From Oligoflexales bacterium (lineage in GTDB: Bacteria; Bdellovibrionota_B; Oligoflexia; Oligoflexales; CAIYRB01): a DNA stretch of 25,174 nt. Position 1 is the first letter of the stretch; every line of letters starts with the position of its first letter. The stretch is taken from NCBI GenBank assembly GCA_041736175.1, contig JBGSUI010000155.1:1-25174 (forward strand), written 5' to 3'. A program made the position numbers and the translations under genes. The notes beneath the pieces were generated by a model. It was not told the origin of the DNA. It saw only the letters and a list, made by a program, of their open reading frames with translations, and did no database searches. Of this stretch, positions 8,295 to 17,227 are shown piece by piece.

Positions 8295-9626
8295 GTGGAC
8301 TTTTTGGGAGGCTCAGGATCTAGATCCCTTTCTATAGGTCTAAAAACCATCCTATGGATCGGTTTAGGTCTGGCTTTAGGTCGATGTGCAAGCTACACCG
8401 AAGAGACCCGGGAGATGCGCTCCTTTTACCAAGGGGGTGCCTACGGCGAGGCCCTTAAGGTCCTCGACGCATCCAGCCTTAAGACCGAGTCCCGCAATCG
8501 AGTCCTCTATCAGATGGAACGAGGCTCGATCCTCGAACGGTTGGAGCGGCGTCCCCTGGCGCGCACAGCGTGGATCTTAGCGGATCAGATCTCGGACGAG
8601 CTCTATACGGTCAGCGTCTCCAGCACAGCCGCCTCCTTTGTGGTCAACGATGCCATGGGGGACTACGAAGGTGAGGACTACGAAAAGGTCGCCCTGCACA
8701 CCCAGTTGGCCCTATCGTTTCTGAGCGATGGAGACCTGGGCGGAGCGCGGGTTTCCGCCCGTAAGATCAACTCCAAACTCCAGGTGATCAACCAACAGCA
8801 CGGAGACGATAAGAGTCGTTACAAAGAGGATGCTTTTGCCTATTACCTGTCTGGGATGATCTACGAAGCACGGCAGGAGTGGGACAGTGCTTTGATCGAC
8901 TACGGCAGGGCGGTGAAAGCCTACCAGGGGGACTTTGCTCCCTATGCCCGAGGAGCTCCTCCAGAGCTGGTTTTAGCCTATGACCGGCTCCTCCAAAAAC
9001 GTGGCCGCAGCGACCGGCGAGGTCCGCTGCTTAAAGAGTTTCCAAAACTCTTAGGCTCCCAAGGAGTCCGATCAGCTGTCCCCGCGGGTTGGGGAGAGGT
9101 CGCCGTAGTCCACCAGGTGGGGCGGATTGCGGTCAAGCGGTCCGAAAGTTTTGTGACGGCCTTTGGAAAGCATCTCGTGCGGTTTTCCTTTCCCGTGATC
9201 TCAGCCTCCTCAGGATGGGGTTTTGGGGCCACAGGGTTTGAATGGTCCCAGGGAAACCAGAGAGAGTCAAAGTCGGGGGTTTTAGCAGCAGACTTTGATG
9301 CTATCGCCCGGCAGTGCCTCGACGACCGCAGACTGCGACTGATCGCCAAGTCTGCGGCGCGCTTGATCGCCAAAGGCCAGTTCACCGAAAAGGCAACCGA
9401 GCAGTTTGGAGTCGTCGGCTGGCTCGTAGGTAATATCTATTCCGTAGCAACAGAGACGGCGGATACGCGGGGCTGGACCCTTTTGCCAGCAGCCTACTTT
9501 GTAACCCGCACGGCTCTGCCTCCGGGTAAACATGGGATTAAAATCTTGACCCAAGGCCGCGTGATGGAGATTAAAACCGTAGAGGTTAAGCCCGACGGTT
9601 TGGTTCTTGTAACGGATCAGGGTTGA
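8295..9626 (+). CDS. COG3014 family TPR-like lipoprotein
   Basis: Lipobox-like LGR-C; motifs LYQMERG, YEGEDYEKV, AFAYYLSG..YE, ETADTRGWTLLP; downstream of lpoB. Confidence 0.85.
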   Translation: MDFLGGSGSRSLSIGLKTILWIGLGLALGRCASYTEETREMRSFYQGGAYGEALKVLDASSLKTESRNRVLYQMERGSILERLERRPLARTAWILADQISDELYTVSVSSTAASFVVNDAMGDYEGEDYEKVALHTQLALSFLSDGDLGGARVSARKINSKLQVINQQHGDDKSRYKEDAFAYYLSGMIYEARQEWDSALIDYGRAVKAYQGDFAPYARGAPPELVLAYDRLLQKRGRSDRRGPLLKEFPKLLGSQGVRSAVPAGWGEVAVVHQVGRIAVKRSESFVTAFGKHLVRFSFPVISASSGWGFGATGFEWSQGNQRESKSGVLAADFDAIARQCLDDRRLRLIAKSAARLIAKGQFTEKATEQFGVVGWLVGNIYSVATETADTRGWTLLPAAYFVTRTALPPGKHGIKILTQGRVMEIKTVEVKPDGLVLVTDQG

Positions 9627-10732
9627 GCGATTACTAAGCGGTCATTTTTGATAAGCTGCTTGCCAAAATCAGTGAGAAGATGATTTTGGAAATCATAGCG
9701 GATAACCTTGCCCTGTTGTGGGTCTCGTTGGTAATTGGCTGGAACCACATCCAGGTACGAGTAATTAAGAGTTTGTTTTGTTTTATCGTTGTGGTAACTG
9801 GGATTATTCCCTGACCAAGAATAGACACAAACATTGATCTGATGTTCCTTGACGATGTTCAGGAAATCATTCAAATCCAGTTTGCTATTGTCAGGATTAC
9901 CAGGTTTGTTCCAGCCAAACTCACCAATCAGCACCGGAGCTTTCTTTTTAAAGTCGAGAAAATCCTTTTTAACGCTATAAAGGCCACCGGAATCTATGGC
10001 CCAGTTGCCGTACATATGCACGCTATACATAAGATTAGGCTGGCCCATTTTTTGTTGATCGGTTTCGCTGAGTTTTTTCCACTGATCGTCTTTTGTTAGA
10101 TAAGTGATGTTTTGTCCCCAGCCACCGGCGTCGATCACTAAGGGGAGTTTGTATCCCGCGTCGCGAATGATACGGATCGCCTCTTGGTAGTTGGAGATAT
10201 AGGTCTCCATAGGGAGTTCGTGGTTGCCCCATTCGTTGGCAATATTGATCATCAAATGATCTTGATAATCTTTAAGGTTGGGGAATAAGCTAGCCCAATA
10301 TTTTGCTGCTTGGTCCAGATTGGTGTTAAGCCCCGTCAGGTTATGGGCCTCAAGCATGACCAGGAGTTGCTCATTGATGGCCTTATCTATAAATTGGGTT
10401 AAGACCTTTAGGTCGTTGTTATACTCATAATCGTTTATCGTTGACCAGGTCACGCGCACAAAATTAAATCCATAGTCAGCAATTTTTTCTAAAACCTCGG
10501 GCTTCATTGCTGAATCCTGAGTGGTTCGGTAGCCTAGGGGGACTTGTACGCCTCTGAGTACGATTTCTTTGTTGTGGGTGTCCGTAACGGTTCCTACTTT
10601 ATTGTTGACTTTTAAGTGATCGGGAGTCGGTTGTTTTCCGAGAACCAAAGAAAACTGTTGAGGCTGTTGTTGAGGTGGCAGGCACGCGGTGGTGCCCATA
10701 AACGCTAGAGTCATTTCTAGGTATCTTTTCAT
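9617..10732 (-). CDS. Glycoside hydrolase family 5 lipoprotein (endo-beta-mannanase, GH5_8-like)
   Basis: AAAGGAG SD before ATG 10732 (MKRYLEM...TTA-C lipobox). INIANEW (acid/base Glu), VIDAGGWGQ, SVHMY, IGEFG (nucleophile Glu), SWSGN. Confidence 0.85.
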   Translation of the reverse strand: MKRYLEMTLAFMGTTACLPPQQQPQQFSLVLGKQPTPDHLKVNNKVGTVTDTHNKEIVLRGVQVPLGYRTTQDSAMKPEVLEKIADYGFNFVRVTWSTINDYEYNNDLKVLTQFIDKAINEQLLVMLEAHNLTGLNTNLDQAAKYWASLFPNLKDYQDHLMINIANEWGNHELPMETYISNYQEAIRIIRDAGYKLPLVIDAGGWGQNITYLTKDDQWKKLSETDQQKMGQPNLMYSVHMYGNWAIDSGGLYSVKKDFLDFKKKAPVLIGEFGWNKPGNPDNSKLDLNDFLNIVKEHQINVCVYSWSGNNPSYHNDKTKQTLNYSYLDVVPANYQRDPQQGKVIRYDFQNHLLTDFGKQLIKNDRLVIAQP

Positions 10733-10824
10733 AGTGTCTCCTTTCGTGGGATTTTCCTTGGGATTTATATGGAGATTCCCAGGGTATTTCCGCGAATGAT
10801 TTCGATTGCTACCCAAATAAGTGG

Positions 10825-10841
10825 AGCAAGAGATATGCCAA
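10825..10841 (-). promoter_or_regulatory. Sigma54 -24/-12 promoter for the GH5 gene
   Basis: Minus strand TTGGCATATCTCTTGCT is a near-consensus TGGCAC-N5-TTGCW, about 93 nt upstream of ATG 10732. Confidence 0.75.
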
Positions 10842-10976
10842 ATCTGCACAAAATCATGCTGAAAGCCGCATAAATGAGCCTTAGGCTAGCATATGCAGTG
10901 GGTTGAATTTAGGGCAGAGAATCGAGTCAGAAAGAGAAAATCCCTTAAAAAATGCCTAAATGATTGACGGTAGTGC

Positions 10977-13406
10977 CTAAGGTATGATGGAAAAGGCCTC
11001 ATTTCCCTTGTTTTGAGAGGTAATGATGCGGGCTTGGCTCGCTTTTGCCTCTAGAGTGGATCTCTGGTAGGTACCCGTTACGATCTGGTAAAGCATCTTA
11101 CCGACAAAATAAGGTACGCTGAGTTGAAAGGTTGCCTCTCGCACCGATACGCCGCCGTCGCGAAAAACGTAGTGTCCGGCTGTTCCGATCAGTCCTGATA
11201 TCATAAACAGTCCAAACCATAAAATGTTTGCTGTGAGCAGAGCTAAGATGGGACCTCCCATAAAACATAAAAACGACACAAAGTGGACCCAGATATTTGC
11301 GGGGTTTTGGTGGCGTAGGACAAAATTTTGCCATTCGCTCAGGTTATTGGGAGGCAAGGTGGGAGGGATTGCAGCACGGGAGGTGTGAACGACACCCAGG
11401 CTTTTGGTTGGCCAGCCGGTGGCTGTACGCTCCACAAAATAATCCATCTTTTGAGCAGCGGGAGGATCTTTCACAAAGAGTCGGTGTAGGATTTGGCTCG
11501 TAAGGACTCCCCCAAGGCTGATATCGAGAGTTTTTCGTAGGGGCGACTTTTTGGGCAGAATTTGCCATAGTGCCCGCATTTTTTGAATAGTCCCGGCCTG
11601 AAAGATCCCCGTAGCTTGGATTTCATTTGGATTTAAAAAAGTATCGATCAGGTCTTTTCCGTATTTTGTCTTGGCAAAGTCTTGCCAGGAAGGCGACAAA
11701 AAAGGATGTTTATGACCCTGATAAACATGCCGGGGTAGGAGATCTGCCAAAGACTCGTAAAGCAGGTATTTTTCGCGCATCTGCTCCTGATCGATATGAA
11801 GGAGATACTCGGGGGGGACCCTTTGTAGAAATTCAAGGAGATGGGTGTCCATATAGGGGGTGCGGCATTCAAGGGAGTTGGCCATTTCGACCCGGTCACC
11901 GAGGTTGGGAATAATGTAGCTTGCGAGCGAACCAAGGGCGAGCCCACGGGTGATGTTTTCTGGAGCCCAGTCTTTAAACAGGTCTTGCGGAAAGGCCTCA
12001 GACTGCAGCATGGAGGGAAATCGTGGCTCCCCTTTTCGGAAATCGGGACTCAGGAGGCGCGAGACCATGGAGTCCATCCGTTCGCTATAGCTACGGTAAT
12101 AGCTTGGAAATCCGTAAAAGCGAGCGGACTTGCGCCCGTGGCGGATGACCCCGTGGCTCCACATAATGCCTTCGTTGCGGCTCTCACGGGAGATGAAATC
12201 CCTAAAAAAGCGACGCGCTTTTAATCTATCTGATCGATCCCCTCCCTCAAGCCGCAAGATCGTCTCAAGTTTCCAGATCGGATAGCCGCAAAAAAGTTCG
12301 TCTGCACCCTCGCCTGTGAGGCAGACTTTCACGCCCTGGCGGTGAACATACTGGGAGAGGAGAAATTTGGCCACAGAATTAAGGTTACCGATCGGCGCCT
12401 CGGTCGCCCAGAGGGTGTTTGTGAGGTTGTCTGCGAGTTGGTCGGCATTGCAAGTCAAAAGATCCACTTCAAAACCCAGGTCACGGCCTGACTTTTTGAT
12501 GGCTGCCGACTCGTCCATCTCGCTGTTTAAAAAACCTACTGAAAAAGCTTTTGGTCGGTGGCCAAGGTTTTTGAGGAGGACAGCGATCCCAGTGGAATCA
12601 AGCCCGCCACTGAGATAGAGGTGAACCGGGACATCGGCCCGAAGTCTCCTGCTCACAGCGTTGGTGAGCAACTCGCGGCATGTCTTTGTGGCATCGGTAA
12701 AAGACATCGTGGTGTCAGGAGTAAACTCTGGCCGATGATAGCGGTGTTCTTGGAGGTGTGCTCCCCTCCCCATGGATAGATAATGCCCAGGCTTAAGCCT
12801 GTGGATGCCCGCAAAAGGTGAGACTCCCTGACTTAGCGATCCGAGCATGGGCCCTACAAAATAGGTCGGATTCATGCTTCGGGGAATATTGGAAAGTGCG
12901 AAAAGCCCTTTGACTTCGGATGCCAAATAAACCGTTCCATCCACCTGGGTATAAAAAAGCGGTTTGATTCCAAAGATGTCTCCTCCGGCGTAGAGGTGCT
13001 GGCGCCGTCCGTCCCAGAGGATAAAGGCAAATTCACCGTTTAACTTGGAAAGACAGTCGATCCCAAACTCCTCGTAGAGATGTAGGATCAACTCGCTGTC
13101 CGAACCTGTGGCAAATTGGTGGCCACGACTGATCAGTTCCTTCTTCCATAGATCGTAATCATAGATTTCACCATTTGCGACGAGGATGAGCTGACCGTCT
13201 TCGTTGACGAGGGGTTGCTGCCCACCTTCAAGATCAACTATGCTCAACCGGGTCTGTGCGAGTCCCACTCGTCCGTCTTCGGCAACCATAAACCCAGCCC
13301 CGTCAGGGCCCCTGTGTTGCAGGCGACTTGCCATCATGCGGAGTTCCGCTTTAGTTTGGTCAGGGAGTCTTTGGTGGTTGGCGATGATGCCAATGATTCC
13401 GCACAT
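10977..13406 (-). CDS. asnB: Asparagine synthase (glutamine-hydrolysing)-type amidotransferase fused to a C-terminal Mpo1/DUF962-like membrane domain
   Basis: N-terminal MCGI (catalytic Cys), HRGPD, NGEIY, SDSE, LSGGLDS, TGEGADE, DRVEMANSLECRTPY. The extra C-terminal segment W..FVLRHQNPANIWVH...TM...GHYVF...ATF resembles DUF962/Mpo1. Confidence 0.85.
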   Translation of the reverse strand: MCGIIGIIANHQRLPDQTKAELRMMASRLQHRGPDGAGFMVAEDGRVGLAQTRLSIVDLEGGQQPLVNEDGQLILVANGEIYDYDLWKKELISRGHQFATGSDSELILHLYEEFGIDCLSKLNGEFAFILWDGRRQHLYAGGDIFGIKPLFYTQVDGTVYLASEVKGLFALSNIPRSMNPTYFVGPMLGSLSQGVSPFAGIHRLKPGHYLSMGRGAHLQEHRYHRPEFTPDTTMSFTDATKTCRELLTNAVSRRLRADVPVHLYLSGGLDSTGIAVLLKNLGHRPKAFSVGFLNSEMDESAAIKKSGRDLGFEVDLLTCNADQLADNLTNTLWATEAPIGNLNSVAKFLLSQYVHRQGVKVCLTGEGADELFCGYPIWKLETILRLEGGDRSDRLKARRFFRDFISRESRNEGIMWSHGVIRHGRKSARFYGFPSYYRSYSERMDSMVSRLLSPDFRKGEPRFPSMLQSEAFPQDLFKDWAPENITRGLALGSLASYIIPNLGDRVEMANSLECRTPYMDTHLLEFLQRVPPEYLLHIDQEQMREKYLLYESLADLLPRHVYQGHKHPFLSPSWQDFAKTKYGKDLIDTFLNPNEIQATGIFQAGTIQKMRALWQILPKKSPLRKTLDISLGGVLTSQILHRLFVKDPPAAQKMDYFVERTATGWPTKSLGVVHTSRAAIPPTLPPNNLSEWQNFVLRHQNPANIWVHFVSFLCFMGGPILALLTANILWFGLFMISGLIGTAGHYVFRDGGVSVREATFQLSVPYFVGKMLYQIVTGTYQRSTLEAKASQARIITSQNKGNEAFSIIP

Positions 13407-13485
13407 GGAAAAAATGTCCTTTTGTTTATCTTTTAGGCCAAGATCCTATGAACCTAACAGCAGAGCTTCGCTAAGCAGGTTTCTA

Positions 13486-14061
13486 TTAAAAACCAGAGAT
13501 TGGAGGCTCGTCCAAACTATCATTTCCAGACGTCCGAGTTTGTGAAGATCTAACTGCTCTCAATAATGTTTTGATGGGAATATAAAGTGATTCTGGTTTA
13601 TCCGAGAAACTTTTAAACCCATATCTAATATACCATTGTTTAGATTTTTCTGATTTAGCATCTACCAGAAGGAAACTAAATGCTGGATACTCATCTTTTG
13701 TACTATATTCAATAGCCTTTTCAATGATGTGTTTTAATATAAAGCCGCCAATCCCTTTTCCAGTATAATTATGGTCAACAGCTAAACGTCCTATTTTAAG
13801 CGCTGGTAAGGGGTATCTAGGCAACCCCTTGGCATCCTGCGGAGCGATACTCGCCTTATCCACAGCACTGCTACTCCAGCAAAAAAAACCTACTAGTGAC
13901 GTTTCCACCATGACAAGGATACATGTAGAAACTCTATTAATATGATTGGCGAGGGCATATTTTCTAATGTATTCATTTAAATCATTTTCTGAGCAAAAAA
14001 ATTGTGATGTATCTGTACTTTTGTCTATAGATTTAAATATTAACTTCAACAAGAGCCTCAC
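13486..14061 (-). CDS. GNAT acetyltransferase toxin (TacT/AtaT/KacT-like)
   Basis: FCSENDLNEY, LPRYPLPALKIGRLAVD...GKGIG, LVDAK...WY.RYGF. GTGA overlap with the upstream antitoxin. Confidence 0.9.
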   Translation of the reverse strand: MRLLLKLIFKSIDKSTDTSQFFCSENDLNEYIRKYALANHINRVSTCILVMVETSLVGFFCWSSSAVDKASIAPQDAKGLPRYPLPALKIGRLAVDHNYTGKGIGGFILKHIIEKAIEYSTKDEYPAFSFLLVDAKSEKSKQWYIRYGFKSFSDKPESLYIPIKTLLRAVRSSQTRTSGNDSLDEPPISGF

Positions 14062-14312
14062 TCTTTTTTCATTAATTTAATCAATTTTTCGTTTGGTTCC
14101 GGCGGATTTTCCAGATCAAATATCAATTGGTCCCAGTCCCTATTACTTAATGAAAAACGCTTTTTGTCCGATAGCGTCTGCCTTGCCATTTCTAAAGCGA
14201 TTGTTCGCAGAAATGCCGTCACATTCAAGCCACGAAAATTTGCCGCTTCAGAAATAAGGGCATATTCTTCTTCGTCAAACTGTGTCTCTTTGCGTATTAA
14301 TGGTTTTGTCAT
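14058..14312 (-). CDS. DUF1778 ribbon-helix-helix antitoxin (TacA/AtaR-like)
   Basis: ISEAANFRGLNVTAFL...LSNRDWDQLIFDLENPPEPNEKL signature. Start taken at ATG 14312 after a GGGG SD; 14330 is an alternative. Confidence 0.9.
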   Translation of the reverse strand: MTKPLIRKETQFDEEEYALISEAANFRGLNVTAFLRTIALEMARQTLSDKKRFSLSNRDWDQLIFDLENPPEPNEKLIKLMKKE

Positions 14313-14352
14313 GGTTTTCCCCGTTCTCATCAAAAGTACCCACTCATCAAAT

Positions 14353-14376
14353 ATACCTTATACGGTATTTTTACGG
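14353..14376. promoter_or_regulatory. Putative TA operator (autorepression site)
   Basis: Near-palindrome ATACCTTATACGGTAT (14/16 symmetric, 14353-14368) and two TACGG half-sites (14361, 14372) immediately upstream of the antitoxin gene. Confidence 0.45.
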
Positions 14377-14728
14377 AAAAACTTTAGAGTATTTTATTAA
14401 CATACTGAAATTATTTACTTTTATAAATTGATTAATCGGTTATTTACCTATCGCTTCCATAACCCATTGGATTTATGTCCCGCGGGGGACCTTTTGCTCC
14501 CCATTTTGCTGGAATGATGTCGCTATAATCCATGTTTATTTCAATTTATATATAAAATAATTTGATAAATACTATAATTTCTATTACAATCCCCCTGAAT
14601 TCTGTATGCCAACAGGACTCAAATGCTGGTTTATCCCTATGATATTTTTTACATAAATCCATGTATCTGGCTTGTCCGCAGCGTCCTTGCCAAACGATTA
14701 ATCTCTATACTTATGTCAGGAATCTAAC

Positions 14729-15895
14729 ATGTCGTTACCACTGCCAAAACCCCTACAAAAAGCGGCCTTAAACCATAAGAGAAACAAAGCCCAGGACAAT
14801 ACGGAAGCCCTAGATGCCCTAACGCAAGGCTTCGACTACGCAAGCAACGCCGCGGAGTATTGGAATCCCGAGCATTTTTCCCTTCTTTACGGGACACCCC
14901 TATGGAATGAGGCGTCAAAAGAAGAACGCATCAAACTTAATCATCTTTACTGGGTTGGTTATTATTCCCAGATCATTTCGGCCGAGATAGCAACGATCTT
15001 TTACAACCAGACCTGTGCTGCAGCCCTATACACGGTCGATGGATTTCGGACCATCTGCGACATGCTTGATCTTGAATCGAGCCAAGAACGGGCCCATATC
15101 AATGCCTTCTATAACATTAGTCGTGCCACGGAACTGGGTATCTATGGTAAGACGGTTTTTGCTTACCCCATGAAGTCACCCTATTCCGACACGATGATCT
15201 ATTCGGACACAAACAAAATCAAGTCGATGGTGCGGAATTTTACCCTTAAGTATTTCAGCCTTTTGTCATCGACCAACGTCTTTATCGGTTGCCAGTACTT
15301 TACGGTCCGAGGGCTTAGGACGCTTAACGGCAAAATGGTCCAACACCAGCTCAGCCAATATTACAGCAACCATGGGGATAAGGACTCCGCTCCTGCCCCG
15401 GCAAAAGTGAGTTTTCACCATTTTTGTGATGAATCCTATCATTTTAATAGTTCGCTGATCCTCTCTAAAGATGTGATTAAGATCATCCCGAAGCCGACTC
15501 CTTTTGAGAGATTTATAATGAACAGCAGTCTTTATGGTTGCCAGAAAGATCACGAAAATTTTTCGGCCACAGTGAATGGGATCTTTTGGTACGAGCCCGC
15601 TTTGTTTAAACCTGTTTACGAGATCCTGCGATCTAAACTCTTTAATATGAGTCATGGGGACGCCAAAAATATGATGGTCCGCTGTTTTGCCCAGGAAAAC
15701 GAGGGAGCCCATCTAGCCAAAGAAACCCACCGTCTTGCGGCGGCATCCTATGAGAGTTATCTAGAGGATTTGGACTACGTCAATCCAAAGCTAAAGTCCT
15801 TTGACCTGATGAAACAATCGACGATCGAACGATATTATAAAATCAATCAAAAAGAGTTGGCCCGGTTTTTTGCCCGTGAGGTCAACGATGTCTAA
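14729..15895 (+). CDS. CylC/AurF-like dimetal-carboxylate enzyme (putative halogenase)
   Basis: Metal ligands E86, E120xxH123 and H231xxD234E235xxH238. Segments YW..E..SLLYGTPL..AS...LNHLYW and PKPTPFERF match my recollection of CylC-family proteins. No Glu between residues 136 and 234. AGGA SD. Confidence 0.75.
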   Translation: MSLPLPKPLQKAALNHKRNKAQDNTEALDALTQGFDYASNAAEYWNPEHFSLLYGTPLWNEASKEERIKLNHLYWVGYYSQIISAEIATIFYNQTCAAALYTVDGFRTICDMLDLESSQERAHINAFYNISRATELGIYGKTVFAYPMKSPYSDTMIYSDTNKIKSMVRNFTLKYFSLLSSTNVFIGCQYFTVRGLRTLNGKMVQHQLSQYYSNHGDKDSAPAPAKVSFHHFCDESYHFNSSLILSKDVIKIIPKPTPFERFIMNSSLYGCQKDHENFSATVNGIFWYEPALFKPVYEILRSKLFNMSHGDAKNMMVRCFAQENEGAHLAKETHRLAAASYESYLEDLDYVNPKLKSFDLMKQSTIERYYKINQKELARFFAREVNDV

Positions 15896-16193
15896 ATATC
15901 GAGTTGATTTTCCTGGCAGTTCCTTTCCGCCCCAAGAGCTTTCCTTAGGGGCAAAACTATCGGAAGTACTCACGGTAGAAAACTCACCTATACTCTTTGG
16001 CTGCCGCACGGGGATTTGTGGCACCTGCCTGATCACCCTCGAAGTCGGAGAAGGTGGTGACATCCAGGCTCCTGACGCCGCCGAGCGGGAGGTCCTCGAT
16101 ATGATCGCCGACCATGAGCCAAAGGCAAGGTTGGCTTGTCAAATCAAAGTGACTTGCCCTATGAGTATCGCACCGTTGGACGAAAACACATGA
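15888..16193 (+). CDS. 2Fe-2S ferredoxin
   Basis: FGCRTGICGTC (Cx4Cx2C) ... RLACQ. GAGGT SD before ATG 15888; overlaps the upstream gene end. Confidence 0.93.
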   Translation: MSKYRVDFPGSSFPPQELSLGAKLSEVLTVENSPILFGCRTGICGTCLITLEVGEGGDIQAPDAAEREVLDMIADHEPKARLACQIKVTCPMSIAPLDENT

Positions 16194-17227
16194 ACTCAAC
16201 AGTAAACTTAAATTCTTTTTGGTATATCGCAGCCACGAGTCAACAATTGACCGCTAAAAAGCCCTTAGCGGTTACGATCCTTGGAGTTAGACTCGTTTTG
16301 TTTAGAGATGCAGTAGGGACTGCCGTGGCCTTAGAGGACCGCTGCCTCCATCGGAACGCTAAGTTATCCCAGGGTGATGTCTGTAAAGGGCACCTTGTTT
16401 GTCCTTACCATGGCTGGGGATATGACGGTAAGGGGCGCGTCCAAGACATTCCTGCCACTTCACCTGACAAAAAATCTCTTGGTGAACGAGTGTTAGCCAG
16501 CTATCCAGTGCAGGAAAAACAAGGCTATGTATATGTCTATTTGGCTCGTGACCAGGGGGCGCCAGCGACCCAACCCTTCGATATCCCAAAATATGGGGTG
16601 AAAGGCTACCATCATATCCGGCTCATAAATGAGTTTGATAATACGGTTACCAACTGTGCAGAAAATTTTGTCGATATTCCCCATACGGTTTTTGTCCATC
16701 CAGGGATTTTCCGGGTTCGGCAGAACCAAAAGTTTACCGCAAAGATCGTCCGCCAGGACGGGACTGTTGTTGTCAAGTACCTCAATGAATCTGGAAATCT
16801 AGGGTTTTTCTCCTGGTTTTTGAACCCCCATCAACGCGAGATTATCCACGTAGACCGGTTTTTGATGCCTAACATAACCTCGGTCGAGTACGATATGGGG
16901 CCCCAGCGCCACTTTTTTATCACCTCTCAGTCGATCCCCATAGGGGAAAATAAAACCCTCGTTTATACCGACCTTACCTATAATTATGGGATTGTCAGTC
17001 GTATGGTCGCACCGGTTGTCAGGAACCAGGCCCAGACGATCATCGACCAAGATAAGATCATCTTACGGAATCAAGGGGAAAACCTCCAGTTTTTCGGTGA
17101 AAGCTTTCAAAATACCAGTTCTGATTTGATTCATGTTTATATCGAGTCGATTCGACATGCTCTTGAACAAGGGGAAGATCCCAAAAATCTCCCCTATAAA
17201 GAGAAGGAGATCGAATTTTGGATCTAA
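16190..17227 (+). CDS. Rieske non-heme iron oxygenase alpha subunit (1)
   Basis: DRCLH...CPYHGW Rieske motif, ENFVDIPHTVFVH mononuclear Fe motif, IIDQD. ATGA coupling with the ferredoxin at 16190-16193. Confidence 0.93.
   Translation: MNSTVNLNSFWYIAATSQQLTAKKPLAVTILGVRLVLFRDAVGTAVALEDRCLHRNAKLSQGDVCKGHLVCPYHGWGYDGKGRVQDIPATSPDKKSLGERVLASYPVQEKQGYVYVYLARDQGAPATQPFDIPKYGVKGYHHIRLINEFDNTVTNCAENFVDIPHTVFVHPGIFRVRQNQKFTAKIVRQDGTVVVKYLNESGNLGFFSWFLNPHQREIIHVDRFLMPNITSVEYDMGPQRHFFITSQSIPIGENKTLVYTDLTYNYGIVSRMVAPVVRNQAQTIIDQDKIILRNQGENLQFFGESFQNTSSDLIHVYIESIRHALEQGEDPKNLPYKEKEIEFWI

Noticed and set aside
10977..13406. AsnB as a lasso-peptide cyclase
   Set aside because: The glutaminase domain is intact (Cys2, NGEIY), and no leader peptidase, RRE or lasso precursor is visible.
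14667..14682. Possible sigma54 promoter for the operon (TGGCTTGTCCGCAGC)
   Set aside because: Only the minimal GG-N10-GC is matched; the TTGC element is missing.
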